64,000 nt of DNA from the human T2T-CHM13v2.0 reference genome, Homo sapiens: NCBI RefSeq assembly GCF_009914755.1, contig NC_060941.1, one strand, 5' to 3'. Shown in pieces: positions 31,907-48,170 of this stretch; positions within the stretch are counted from its first letter, which is position 1, and every line of letters begins with the position of its first letter. Under the pieces are notes generated by a model. It was not told where the DNA came from and made no database searches. It saw only the letters and a list, made by a program, of their open reading frames with translations. A program made the position numbers and the translations under genes.

Positions 31907-34255
31907 TGCACCTATTTCTACAGAGGTTATGAGGCTTAAAATAAGTGTATGTAATGTGCCTGGCACATAACAAGCATGTTTTAGGTAGGAGCATTTGCAT
32001 GCAAAAAATTAGCCACTTGGGTTCTCAGGATTGATGAGAACTTGGTTGTGGTGAAAGAAGAGTGTTGTTAGGAACAATGGAACAGCCTCTGGTTCTCAGC
32101 TGAAGGGCTTCATTTTGATCTATTTGGAAGCAGGAAGTGCCTGTCTTTCTTGGATGAATGACACTGATGCTCTCCCTGATTTAGGTTTTTGCTGTGGCAA
32201 CAGCAGTGAGGACAGGCTTTGGAATGAGGGAGAAAAAACCTGATAATGGCCGTCTGGACCAGCCCTCTCAGAAACCATCTGCTTGAAGCTTTTGATTCTG
32301 AGAGGAGTGGAGAGGTTTCCTCCAACTACAAGTTCAGGGATTTGGAAACCACTAAAATAATATCTTTTCCAAAACTAGTCCAGCAAGGCTCTAATTGGGA
32401 GAAATGGGAAATGGAAGTCAGGCTCCCCACTCTCTCTGCTAACCACACACGGGCCGTGGTTGAGGTCCATTTCCAAATCACAGGAGGCCACTTCCTGTCT
32501 TAGCTTAGCATTGTTGGCGGGAGAATCTAACAAGGGGCCAAGGCCCTGTTGACTCTGGGAGAGAAGCAAATGGCCACCATCCATGAGTAAGAACCTGGAC
32601 TTTCATCCAGCCTGCGGGTTGAATTGCCTGCTCACAAGAAATCTAGGTTCAGAGCGTTCTAGGGCAGGCACAAAATAAGCAGGACAGAGATAAAAAGATG
32701 GGAGTGAGAATGGAGAGATTGTATTTTTCCTTCCACAGATGCCATGGGGGAGCTGGGGCAGGGAGGAGCTTATCTTCCCCAAGCTCCTAGACGAGGCAAT
32801 TCTTATTTCTAGCTGAATTGCTTTTCATCTCTCCTGACTTCTTCTCCACCCTTCTCCTCTATCTGCCTTGGCTTCTGGATCTTCTCAAAGCATCCCCCAG
32901 AAAAACTTCAGCCAACTTACTCCCTTTGACCAACTGTCATTTTTGAAAAGCTGCCCAGTCTCTTTGCGGTGATTTTCAAAGAGAGACCCAGGACTAGGTT
33001 TTCTTTCAGTGACAGCAATAGGTAGGAGGAGGGGTGAAGAAGACAGGAGTTTCTGATGTGGGAAACCACACACACACACACACACACCCCTAAGAAATGC
33101 TGAATCTGTAATTGCAAGACAATATAACCTTCCTGACATCTGAGGAAGATGTCAAGAAAGAAAAGCAAAAACTCATATTTGTGTTATAGCTGCTGGGGTT
33201 TCTACATTAGGGAGAGCTGACCCTGTTTGACCTTGCCTGTCGAGACCAGAGGGTTACAGAGAGACTGACCAAAGATATGTGGCCAAAAGGCCAATCATAT
33301 GTGGGCAAAACTGGCCAAGCTGATCAGTTTGACACGTCAAAAGACAGATGTTGTCTGACTTGGGCAGCTTGTGGGCCAGAGAAGAAATCCAAAGCTCAGT
33401 ATCTAAGAATGCAAAGGCGAGCAACAGTGTGAACCATCACCTGTGCTCCAGGTAAAGCCTGCCTGCCCTGCGTCATCACTTATTCAAGCAAAGGACTAAG
33501 AGCAGCACAATTCTGGCTTGTTAGTGTATGGCCTGAAAGTGAAGACTTCATTTCCCTTCTTCCCTGTGCACTTTCCTCGTCACTGTTCAATACAGGTGCC
33601 AAATGTGTCATCATGCTTGATGGAGCCTGGCGTTGGCTGGCTGGCTGTGATCAGCAGCTGACCACCTGACAGAAACACTTTCCCTAATTACATTTTTAAC
33701 TTGGATTGTGCCACACTTAGTTACATTTTTGGGGGGAAAAGAAAGGAAGGGAGGGAAGAACAGTGAGTGAAGGAGGTTTGCAGAAAGCTTCAGGGCCAGA
33801 TAGCACACAGACAGCCCACCTTAAAAATCAACACATCTTCCCATTTGTAACTTAACTACATGTCTAAATGTTGACATCCAGTGAACAAATATTAATTAAA
33901 AACCCAAGACATTCAAAACTGCACAAATGTCATCTTCCATTGTGTGAAATCAAAAAGGAACGTGTGGGTGAGTGGGGAGGTGGGGAGACACACCATAACC
34001 TACCTCTTATTGGTAATGAGCTTGAATTGTGGAAGGATACTTTCTGACTTCATACCATTTCTTATTAGTATGATGGTCAAAATTACAAAAAAAAAAAAAA
34101 ATCACTCAGACTAATGGTCTCTTGTGGGCAAGTGGCGAAGAACACTGATTTGGCTTATTTTATTCTCTGTACTTCTCCTGGTGTGGTGGACAGTTTGCTG
34201 ATACAATTATTTTGGATAGGACTTCATGTTAGGTATTGGCATGGAGGCATCCACA

Positions 34256-34549
<294 letters not shown>

Positions 34550-34868
34550 CTCATATGTTTATAAATCACTAGATTTTAAATATTGGCAGGGCTACAAACA
34601 AGGAGAGCTTGTCTGTGAAGAGAAAAACAATTAGCAAGGTCCTTCATTGTTTCTTCCTCTGCTGTCCATTCTATTTATTTGTCTGCTGCTAGGATCTAGG
34701 GGTGTCCTCGACCCTGCACATAATGGCAGGCCCCCTGTCTTCATCAGCACTGCTACATCCTCATATTTGGCAGGGAGCACTCTCATTTAAGGTAATGAGT
34801 GACTCCCTTTCACAATAGAACTCTGAGTGTGGCTCAAATTCACCCTGGCTAATGAATCTTCTGTATGG

Positions 34869-35169
34869 TTTTTTTTTTTTTTTTTTCTGAGGCAAGGTTT
34901 CACTGTCACCTAAGCTGGAGTGCAGTGGCACAGTCATGGCTCACTGCAGCCTCAACCTTCTGGGCTCAAGCAATCCTTCTGTCTCAGTCCCTCAAGTGAC
35001 TAGGACTACAGGTATGTGTCACCACTGGCTATTTTTTTTGTTTGTTTTTTGAGACGACATCTTACTATGTTGCCCAAGCTCATCTTGAACTCCTGGGCTC
35101 AAGTGATCCTCCCTCTGCCTCTGCCTCCCAAAATGTTGCGATTACAGGTGTGAGCCACCCTGCCCGGCC
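34869..35169 (-). mobile_element. AluJ
   Basis: Diverged Alu with J-type 'gcagcctcaacc...ctgggctcaagc'. Confidence 0.88.
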
Positions 35170-36791
35170 TTGTGTTTCATTTTTAACCCTGATATAAGTA
35201 ACAACACATCTGCTTATTAATATGTTCATGTTAACATTTACTATCCAGTTTGGGTGGAAGGAGAGTGTTCTCTGCCTCTGAGGTCCAGTTTTAACATTTA
35301 TAAGTGCAGCGGGTCCTCCTGTTGTGGCCCACAAACCTTACTTGGGAAAATGTCACATTTGAGCAACCACACAAAACTACTCTGTGATCTCTGAATATAG
35401 TAAGGTCACCAGCCCCCACTTGATCTTCTGTTAAATGACCAAGATCATTTCTGGTCAGAAAGTATGTGTGTTTTTGCGAGTTTTTTTTGTCTTTGTTGAC
35501 ACATAATGGTGTAGAAATCAAGCTTAAAACTGATTGTAGAACAGTTTGGTGAGAAAGATTTTTGCTTTTCTGCCATAATATTCCCCTGGACTTTGCTTCG
35601 GGTCCAAAGTAACACCGGGAAGTTTAAGACCACAGAAATGTGACTAAATGAATGCTGATCACATTTACAAAAGCAAGTGACTTTGTCCAACGTCTCTCAT
35701 TCTCAGATCCATAGTAGACATATAGATACTTTTTCTAAGGGCAAAATTTCCTGGTTCACTAAGCCAGACTTCCATGTTATTGACGAAATAAAGATAATAT
35801 TGAAAATGACAGTGTCTGAGAAGCAATCTCAAACTGCCTTTTATTACTGCACACAGTTAACGTGGAATTGAGAATCACTTTCTTTCTAACATAAAATGTG
35901 AGCCGTAGAGTTACTACTGAAATTCACCACAGTGATTCAGCCAACAACTCAACTTATTCCTTTGCAAAAATTTCTGAAGGTTTTTTTTTCTCCCTTCAAT
36001 CTCAGCATTACAAAATAATGAGCAAACAGTTAAATTGGCCCAGCTCTGAGTTTCAAGAGAGATTTATGGTCTGCTCATCCTCTGGAGGGACCATAAAACC
36101 ACCGATGACATCTTACTTTGAAATCTCTTGTATTAAGTAAAGAGATGGGTGTGGTGCGATAGTGAACTCTGCATGTGAGTGGTATTTAGACAAGTTCTGT
36201 ACTTCAAAACAGAGTCCTTAACTCATACGAAGGCTTCCTGCCACTAGCAAGGGATCTCAGTAATGAGCGTGCTGCCTTCCCTAACACCCCCATCCTTTTC
36301 CAGAAAGATTCTTAATTTTATCCTAAATATATTTGATATTTTTTCCTCTGTATTTTGCTTTGGGTTTAAAAAATTCCCTGAAAGATTTTTTTCTCGTCTG
36401 TGGAAGCATCAAGCCGCAGATCCAAGTCAGTCCAAATCACCAGGATCATACAAGACGATAAAAGTGCCTTCAAGTTCTAATACTTGCTGGATGGGCCCAA
36501 GCCGCGTTTTAAATGTGAACAATGGGGTGGCTGCGGCAGAGAACTGACCATTTACTTCCTGCCTCAGATGACCCCCTTGTGATCTCTGAAACTGGGCAGA
36601 GGAATAAGGAAAGGGAAAGAACTGGGTTTTGGGGAGAAACATGCTTTCTGGAAGGCGCCCAGGTTTACCCAAAGAGCACAGTTAAGTGCTGAATTTCAAC
36701 TAGCTCTGGAGTCACCCTGTTTGGGGCCTCATTCTGGAAACCCGAAGTCCAGCGGCAGCTTTCCTCCACATCAGGACAGAGAGTGGGGTTT

Positions 36792-36835
36792 GGGAGCGGA
36801 CGAGGGAGCGGGAGTGGACGAGGGAGCAGGAGTGG
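36792..36835. repeat. 18-bp tandem repeat x2.4 (GGGAGYGGACGAGGGAGC)
   Basis: Seen directly. Confidence 0.85.
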
Positions 36836-37126
36836 GGCTCAACGACGACCCAGGCGCTCAAGGGGAAGGGGCTGAGAGCGTTTCTTCGCTGTGCGGCTGC
36901 AATAGAAACTTTTTCCTCGTACTATCTGACTCCGGGACTGGACTGTGAGGTCTGCAACAGCTGGTGGGGTTCGGGTGGGGAACACACTCTAAGCCCAGCG
37001 CCAGGGCTGGAGCCGTGGGTGGAGCCGCTGCAGCCCTGGGCCGGGGGCGTCAGGAAACTCGAGACTGGGGCGCGGGGAGGCCCCGGCCAGAGCGCCCGCT
37101 CTCCCGCGTCCCGGGCGGGGTCCTCA

Positions 37127-37744
<618 letters not shown>

Positions 37745-38465
37745 TCAGCGGGCGTCGCTTCTCCGCGCCGAGTGAGCCGAGGGAATGGGGTTCCCGGGGT
37801 GCCCGCTTCTTGCGCCTTTTCTCCCGTGCGCCCGCCCGCCCGGACGCTCGCGGCAGGTGAAGGGCCCCGGGGCGCCGGCGCCGGCTGCCACCGCGGGCGG
37901 ACGGGCGACGGGGCGGGGGGCGACCGCGGAGGGCGGACGGAGGCCGCCGGCTGCAAAGCCCGGGGCGTCTCTCCTGAGGATGCTGTCGCTCGGCGGCGGC
38001 TGCTAGTGCTCCCGCGACTCCTCCTGCGGGCGGCGGAGACGCCAGTGCCGGCGGCTGGCACGGGCGGCGCGAGTGGGGAGTTGGCGAAGCAGGAGCGGCT
38101 CCGGGGAGCTTGTCTGTGCGCCTGGACTCCTAGAGGCAGAGGTAGCGCGGGGCCTCCCCGAGCCTGGCCTGGCGCCGGCACCCCCACCCACTCTCCGCTG
38201 GCACCTGCCTCTGGCGCAGCTGACGGCCAACTCCCGATCCGAAGCCGGCGCTGCCCTTGCACCTTGTCACCCACCCACTGCCTGCGCCCTCCCCCTCGCT
38301 CGGGCCTCCCACTTTCCCTGCCCAGGTCTCAATCCAGTCACTTTAAGGGACTCACGCGAGGGGTCCGAAGCCTCTTTTTACCATTTCTATTATTTTTAGG
38401 GAAAAAAAAACCACCACAAGCCCCCTAAAACCCTTTTTTTCCTGTAAGCTTTGCCAAATGAGTGT

Positions 38466-38547
38466 GTGGGGGGGGGGGTGGGGGGAGGCGGGGGTGGCAG
38501 TGTTGGTATCTGTTCTTTCTTTGTGTTCCCTTCCACCTCCGCCCCCC
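38466..38547. promoter_or_regulatory. G-tract / SP-KLF GC boxes upstream of the CpG island
   Basis: G11-T-G6-AGGC-G5 at 38468-38494 and CTCCGCCCC near 38537-38545. Confidence 0.55.
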
Positions 38548-39277
38548 TGCAGAGCGCAGGGCACATCAAGATTCATAACAACTACCTACCACATGCCTGG
38601 CACATAGTAGGTGCTCAGGAAACACGCTCTTGGTGAAGGAAAGAGCTTGACCTTTAAAAGTAAGGTATCAGTTTTACCTAGAATCTTGCTGATTTCCTGT
38701 TTGGAAGGAGTTTGATTCCAACTCTGCCTGTACTTTAAAAAGAGGAAATGTTTCTTGCACTCAGGGAGGGAGGGGCCCTGATGACCCCACTCCGAACTTT
38801 TGAGTTTAGCTTGGTGTGAAAGTAGTCCACCCAAATGAATCACTGGAGGACACATTTAGGCTTTCTCCAATATTCTGTGAGGTAATGTACCCTCCCCACA
38901 CCCAGTTTTCCTTTTGAAGAAGAGGGAGGGAGTCCTGAACTCCTGGCTCCTCTATTTAATGACCCCATAGTATAGTAAAGTGAAGTCTGATTGGAGAGGC
39001 GGCCCCACCCTGCTGAATTTCAGGAAATCCACCAGAAGCTGCTTGCCCAGGCAGCAAAGCTTCCCATGTAAGTTAGTTCTACTCTTTAACCCCCTCCCTT
39101 CCCTTGCTGGAATTGAGAACCCTCAGACATACTTTGACTTGTGGGTTCAGACCAGAGTTCTTTTCCCCGTGGTTCAGTGTAAGATTTCTTCGGGACTTTG
39201 CAGTCTCCTCAAATGTAAATGAAGATAATGATGGAACCTACCTCCTAAGGTTATTATGAGACTTAAATGAATTGAAG

Positions 39278-39583
39278 TACAATTATGTGTCACGTCTGAG
39301 AAATGCATCCTTAGGCAATTTTCCTGTGTGTGTGAACATCAGGGTGTACTTACACAAACCTAGATGGTTCAGCCTACTACACACGGAGGCTACATGGCAT
39401 AGCCTGTTGATCCTAGGTACAAACCTGTACAGCATGCGACTACTGAATGCTGTAGGGAGTTGTAACACAGTGGTGAGTACTTGTGTGTCTAAACATAGGA
39501 AACATACAGTAAAAATACAGTATTGTAATCTTATGGGACCACTGTTGCATTGACTAAAATGTTATGTGGCACTTGACTATGTA
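39278..39583. mobile_element. Tigger3a-like TcMar DNA transposon
   Basis: 'ctgagaaatgcatc.ttaggcaatttt...gtgtacttacacaaacctagatgg' signature. Confidence 0.75.
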
Positions 39584-40858
39584 TAAATTACTTAGAAGAG
39601 CTCCTAACTCATCCTAAATAAGTGTGAAATATGTGTTTGCTATCATTATGATTACTTATTAGTTCCTGTAGTACACTAGGCTTGGTTAGAGACTGCTCAT
39701 CGCTAGGACAAAAATAGAAAAGGATGGAAAAGGAAGATAGCAGGAAGGAACCTGCTTTCAGGGGCATAACATTGTGGCCTGAGTGCCCAGTCCAAGTGAA
39801 AAAGCCCAAGACGGTACTATTCCCAGCTACTCCACTCCTCTGGGTATGATGGTGGGCATTTTGAGGGGTTCTAGAACCTCCTCCTTTTTATCTGGAATTA
39901 AATTTTAACTGATTTCCAATTTCTGAGAGACGTTGCAACTTCTAATGTGTTTAATTAGATGTCATGGCAAGCGAATGAAGAAGTCAGGCATTGAATGGTG
40001 GTGATGTAACTGCAGTAACTGTGTGGCAAACTGATGCGCATTTTTCTCGGCTGGCAAAGGACGTGGATGTGGTGACACTGCAGGTCTTGTGACTTCAATT
40101 CTCCTCAACCCATGGGGTCATACTCGCTTAGTAGACTCTTTTTTTTCTGGCCCCAATTTAGGGAACAATAGTGTAACTTGCTTGGAAATTATGTAAACAT
40201 ATTTTCCATGCCCTTTAAAGGTCACAGTCAAGTGCAGAACTGCATGTGGGAGTTAGATATTAAGTGTGAATGAAGCTGGATAGGAGAGTGGAAATCCTAC
40301 CAGTAGGATTGGCCAATAGGATGTTGGCTTCCTCAGGTTTGCCTCTAATCTACCTTTACCCCTCCTAGAAATGAGCCTTCTCCTGCTCCTCCGATCTTCC
40401 ATGTCTTGGGCCCTGGCTTACTTGCCAGCCTCACATACATCCTCTCCGTTCACACTGAAGGTATCCTAAATTGCTGTTTGCTGGGACCCATCATTCTGTT
40501 TAAAATCTTTCATTGGAAGCCCCTCCCTCCTTTTCCATCTCTACTGATCTTGATGTATCTAGAGCCTCATAATCTCTTGCTCATACTTGCAAATAGGCTT
40601 CTAACTGGTCCCTCTGCTTCCATGGTACCTTAGTTCAGTGCCCACACACACTCTTGCCAGAGTGAGACTTCTAGTATGCAGAGGCAACCAGGATATTCTC
40701 CTCCTGAAAACCCCCTGAGCTTCTCCTTGTTGCTGGATTAGGTCACTCATTGTGACACAGCTCTTCGTGGTCTGGCTTCTACCTCCTTTCTTCTTTATAT
40801 GCCCCCTCTTTCGTCTTCACCCCACAAGACTTTCTGCAATTCCCAAGTGCTCCAACCT

Positions 40859-41818
40859 TGTAGGGGTGGGTTGCCCCTCCACACCTGTGGGTGTTTCTCA
40901 TAAGGTGGAACGAGAGACTTAGGAAAGAAAAAGACACAGAGACAAAGTATAGAGAAAGAAATAAGGGGACCCGGGGAACCAGCATTCAGCATATGGAGGA
41001 TCCCCCCAGCCTCTGAGTTCCCTTAGTATTTATTGATCATTTGTGGGTGTTTCTCGAAGAGGGGGATGTGTCAGGGTCACAAGACAATTGTGGGGAGAGG
41101 GTCAGCAGACAAACACGTTAACAAAGGTCTTTGCATCATAGACAATGTAAAGGATTAAGTGCTGTGCTTTTAGATATGCATACACATAAACATCTCAATG
41201 CTTTACAAAGCAGTATTGCTGCCTGCAGGTCCCACCTCCAGCCCTAAGGCGGTTTTTCCCTATCTCAGTAGATGGAGCATACAATCGGGTTTTATACCGA
41301 GACATTCCATTGCCCAGGGACAGGCAGGAGACAGATGCCTTCCTCTTGTCTCAACTGCAAGAGACATTCCTTCCTCTTTTACTAATCCTCCTCAGCACAG
41401 ACCCTTTACGGGTGTCGGGCTGGGGGACGGTCAGGTCTTTCCCTTCCCACGAGGCCATATTTCAGACTCTCACATGGGGAGAAACCTTGGACAATACCTG
41501 GCTTTCCTAGGCAGAGGTCCCTGCGGCCTTCCGCAGTTTTTGTGTCCCTGGGTACTTGAGATTAGGAAGTGGTGATGACTCTTAAGGAGCATGCTGCCTT
41601 CAAGCATCTGTTTAACAAAGCACATCTTGCACCGCCCTTAATCCATTCAACTCTGAGTTGACACAGCACATGTTTCAGAGAGCACGGGGTTGGGGGTAAG
41701 GTCACAGAATCTCAAGGCAGAAGAATTTTTCTTAGTACATAACAAAATGGAGTCTCCTATGTCTACTTCTTTCTACACAGACACAGTAACAATCTGATCT
41801 CTCTTGCTTTTCCCCACA
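40859..41818 (-). mobile_element. HERV-K(HML-2) solo LTR, LTR5_Hs type, full length (960 bp)
   Basis: Minus strand starts TGTGGGGAAAAGCAAGAGAGATCAGATTGTTACTGTG and ends GGGGCAACCCACCCCTACA. Perfect TSD CAACCT at 40853-40858 and 41819-41824. TATAAAA at 41290-41296 and AATAAA at 41029-41034. Confidence 0.95.
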
Positions 41819-42039
41819 CAACCTCTCACAGATGTGTCTTTAACCGAAAGCTCTTTCTCCTTTCCCCACCTGGAAAACACCCATTAGTCCACCCAAGCTT
41901 TGGCCACTTGTCCAATTTTTCTCTGATGCTTGTCTTCATACCCATTAAACTCAGTGCCTTGTGCTCTCATGTGCCCCCACAGCTCCTCATATGTTCCCCT
42001 ATTACAACGTTGGCCATGTTGGGTTTCCTTTTTAGTATG

Positions 42040-42506
42040 TGTTATGGGTTGACTATATCCTGCTCTCAAATTCACTTGTTGAAATCCTAACCTCCAATAC
42101 TTCAGGACGTTACCTTATTTGGAAATAGGGTTGTTGTAGAAATAATTAGTTAAGCTGATAGCGTACTAGTGTAGAGTGGACCCTTAATGCAATATGACTT
42201 GTGTCCTTATAAAAAGGAGAAATTGGGACACAGAGACATGCATACAGGGAGAATGCCCTATGAAGATAAAAGACAGATTGGGCAATTCTTCTATAAGCCA
42301 AGGAATACCAAAGACTGCCAGCAAACACAAGAAGCTAGGTAAGAGGCATGGAACAAATTTGTCCCTCACAGCCCTCAGAAGAGTCCAACTCTACTGACAC
42401 CTTGACCTTGGATTTATAATTCTAGAACTGTGAGACAATAAATTTCTGTTGCTTAAGCCACCCAGCTTGTGGCACTTTGTTACAGCAGCCATTGCAAATT
42501 TACACA
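42040..42506 (+). mobile_element. MLT1B/C-like MaLR LTR
   Basis: 'tgttatgggttga...ttatttggaaatagggt' and 'aataaatttctgttgcttaagccaccc'. Confidence 0.8.
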
Positions 42507-43396
42507 GTACACATGTCTGCCATCTTCACTGGAGCACTACTCCTGAGTGTAGAGGGAGAATGCTACTTATATATGTACACAGAGCTCTGAGGATGGGGCC
42601 TATCATTTGAGAAATGCTCAAGAAATGTTTGCTGAGTGAAGGCAGAGATATTGGCCATCTCTACAACTGTAGAATCTCGCATATGGCCTAGTATACAGTA
42701 GGGGCTAAATTATTGTTTACAATAAGATGACATAGCTTTGGACCCTGTAGGAGACATAAAGAAATATATGACACAATTCCTTCCTGCCTTCAAGAGTCTT
42801 GTGATCATCAGAGAGTCCAGCTATACCTGTACTCACAAGCCAATGGGAAAAAAGTATGAGGTAGTACACAGAGCAGATTAGCAATCTGTGCCATTGCATG
42901 CATTAAGAGGAGCAAATGCAAAGGGCAGTTGTGTTTCCTTTCAGTCTAGCTAAATATCAAGCTCTCTACTTGCAGGAGTTAAATCATGAAAACAATAGAG
43001 TCAACATTTAAACACCAAGTTCCTCTATCTGTGAAGGTTAGACTCTATTTTTATCTTGCCCATGTTCCCGTGTTGCTTAGAACTTGACTAGTTGTTTTTT
43101 GTTTGTGTAGGCAGTTTTCTATACTAGACTATAACTCCATGAGTTCAAGGGTAACATGTTTTCTTTTTTATTTTCCTGTCTTCATAGGATCTTAGACACA
43201 GCAAGGCATGCAAATGAGAATTAACAAATTCCTGCAGAATAAATGATGTTTGTGGGTTTATGTGTGTTCATACATGGAGGTGGGAAGTGGTTTGGAAAAG
43301 AGCACTTAAAATAAGAACATAAATGTATATAATCTAGCTCAAGATAAGTGTTAAGTTAGAACATCTACATAAGTGTTAAGTTAAACATCCGTTATG

Positions 43397-43700
43397 GTTT
43401 TTTTTTTCTTTAGACAGGGTTTTTCTCTGTCATCCAGGCTGGTGTGCAGGGTGGCAGAGTGTGATCTGGCTCATGGCAGCCTTGAACTCCTGACCTCAAG
43501 TGATCCTCCCACCTGTCAGCCTCCTGAGTAGCTGGGACTACAGGCTCATGCCATCAGGCCTGGCTAATTTTTTTTTTTTTGGTAGAGATGGGATTTCACC
43601 ATGTTGCTCAGGCTGGTTTCCAACTCCTGAGCTCAAGCTATCTGCCTGTTTCAGCCTCCCAAAGTGTTGGGATTACAGACATGAGCCACTGTGCCTGGCC
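43397..43700 (-). mobile_element. AluJ
   Basis: Diverged Alu. Confidence 0.87.
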
Positions 43701-44869
43701 CCAGTAGATGTTTACTTAGAACATCAATGGAAATTGCCTTGATCCTATTGAAAAACCAATAGGTAAGAGACACATAAAGAAATAACTAAATGTAGACATC
43801 TATGTCCCTCACAGTTTTTATTATAGTATAGATGCATGTGAGGAATGTTACCTTTACCTGCTAGCTGTCTCAGTAATCAGCAAGAGATGCAATTGAAATT
43901 ACTATAAATGGAAGACCTAGAATGGAGTGAACTTAAGAAACTGAAACTGATTTAGTATTGCACTCAACACCTTATTCTGAGGTAGAAAGTCCAAAATTTT
44001 CTAATCGTGACCAACACATAATGCCTCAGCATAAGCCAGAGATTTCTCAAAGTGCAGCCTGTGGATCAGAAGTACCTGATGTGCTTATAAAAATGCAAAT
44101 TCCAGGGCCACACCATAGTTCTAGTATTTTTTGGAGGTGGGGCCAGGAATGTACATTTTCAATAAGCTGATTCTTACCAGCTTATAAGATTCTGACACAC
44201 ATTGAAGTTTGGGAATCACTGGTTGAAAGGACAGTGCTAATGAGAGCAAAGTCACAGATTTGATTCCAAATAGGCTAGGTAGGATCCATTGTCTAACATT
44301 GGCCATCCAACTTGTGTCATAAGGTTCTAAGGCGCTAAAGAGAGAGAGACAGAGAGTACGTGTTTCCCCATCATTGCTACTGGGGAACACAAATAAACAA
44401 ATAAGTGCCTGTTCTTTACAAATGATGGGTATGTAGTGTGATCTTGCTATAAAAAGTCATGGCTGTACTTATTGGTAAATTTCCCCTGGGAAACTGAACT
44501 ACCTTCCCTGGATCTCAGTTGCCTCATTTGAAACATGAAACGCTGAAGTGAGTGATCTTTAATGTCCTTTTCAGCTCTAAAGAATGAGAATTTTACTTTT
44601 TTTTCTACTAAGCATATATTAATCTAGACCTTTTCACACAACTTTATTTCCAGTATAAACCAAATACTTGAGAAAGCAAACCAAGGCATTTTGTAGGAAG
44701 AGTAAGAGCACTGGATTGGGAGTTAGGGAGCTTACACTGTAATCTTGGCTCAGTCATTAACTAGTTTGGTGGCATGGGACAAATTAATTAATGTCTCTGG
44801 GCTTCCTTTGCCTCACGTGTAAATAACTATTTTGTGGTAGACAATTTCAAAGTTCTCTTCCAGCATTTA

Positions 44870-47333
<2,464 letters not shown>

Positions 47334-47374
47334 ATTGGTAAAATTATAAAAACATGCATGAGAATAATGAATAC

Positions 47375-48170
47375 TGTCTTAGTCAGTCTGCTGCTATAAC
47401 AAATATACCATAGATTGGGTGGCTTAAATAAAAGAAATTTATTTTTCACAGTACTGGAGACTGGTAATTCCAACATCAAGGTGCTGGCAGATCCAGTGTC
47501 TGATGGGGACACTCTTCCTGGTTTGCAGATAGCCCTTTTTTCATTGTATCCTCACACACTGAAGAAAGAGTGAGCATTGGTCCTTTCATCCCCTAATAAG
47601 GGCACTAATCCCATTTATGAGGGCCCCATCCTCATACTCTAATTACCCCTTGATATGATTTGGATGTTTGACCCCTCCAAATCTTGTGTTGAAATTTTAT
47701 CCCCATTGTTGGAAGTGGGGCCTAATGGGAGGTGTTTGTGTAATGGGAGCATATCCTTCATGAATATATTAATGTCTGGGAGGGTAAGGAAGACTGTTCT
47801 CATTCTATTAGTTTCCGGGAGAGCTGGTTGTTAAAAAAGAGCCTGGCATCTCCCTCCCCTCTCTCTTTTGCTTCCTCTCTATGGCCATGTAATCTCTGTA
47901 CACACTGGCTCCTTTTCACCTTCTGCCATGAGTGGAAGCAACCTGAAGCCCTCACCAGAAGCAGATGTTGGTGCCATACTTCTTGTATAGTCTGCAGAAC
48001 TGTGAGCCAAATAAACTTCTTTTCTTTATAAACCACCCAGCCTCAAGTATTTCTTTATAGCAACACTAAAATACTGAGACACCTCCCAAAGACCCCACCC
48101 CTTAATACCATCAAATTGGGGATTTAACATATGAATTTGAGGAGAACACAGATATTCAGTTCTTAGCAAA
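47375..48170 (-). mobile_element. MLT1A-like LTR with a nested MST-type LTR (47651-48081, + strand)
   Basis: MLT1A text 'ctctaattacc|cctcccaaagacccc' is interrupted by 'tgatatgatttggatgtttg...atactgagaca'. Confidence 0.72.

Noticed and set aside
40293-40310. Short palindromes (AATCCTAC-ca-GTAGGATT; also TGTTAAC..GTTAACA near 53150)
   Set aside because: Arms of 7-8 bp are expected by chance in 64 kb.
43343-43390. Small tandem duplications (also 22808-22853 and 62674-62702)
   Set aside because: Ordinary slippage products with no functional context.
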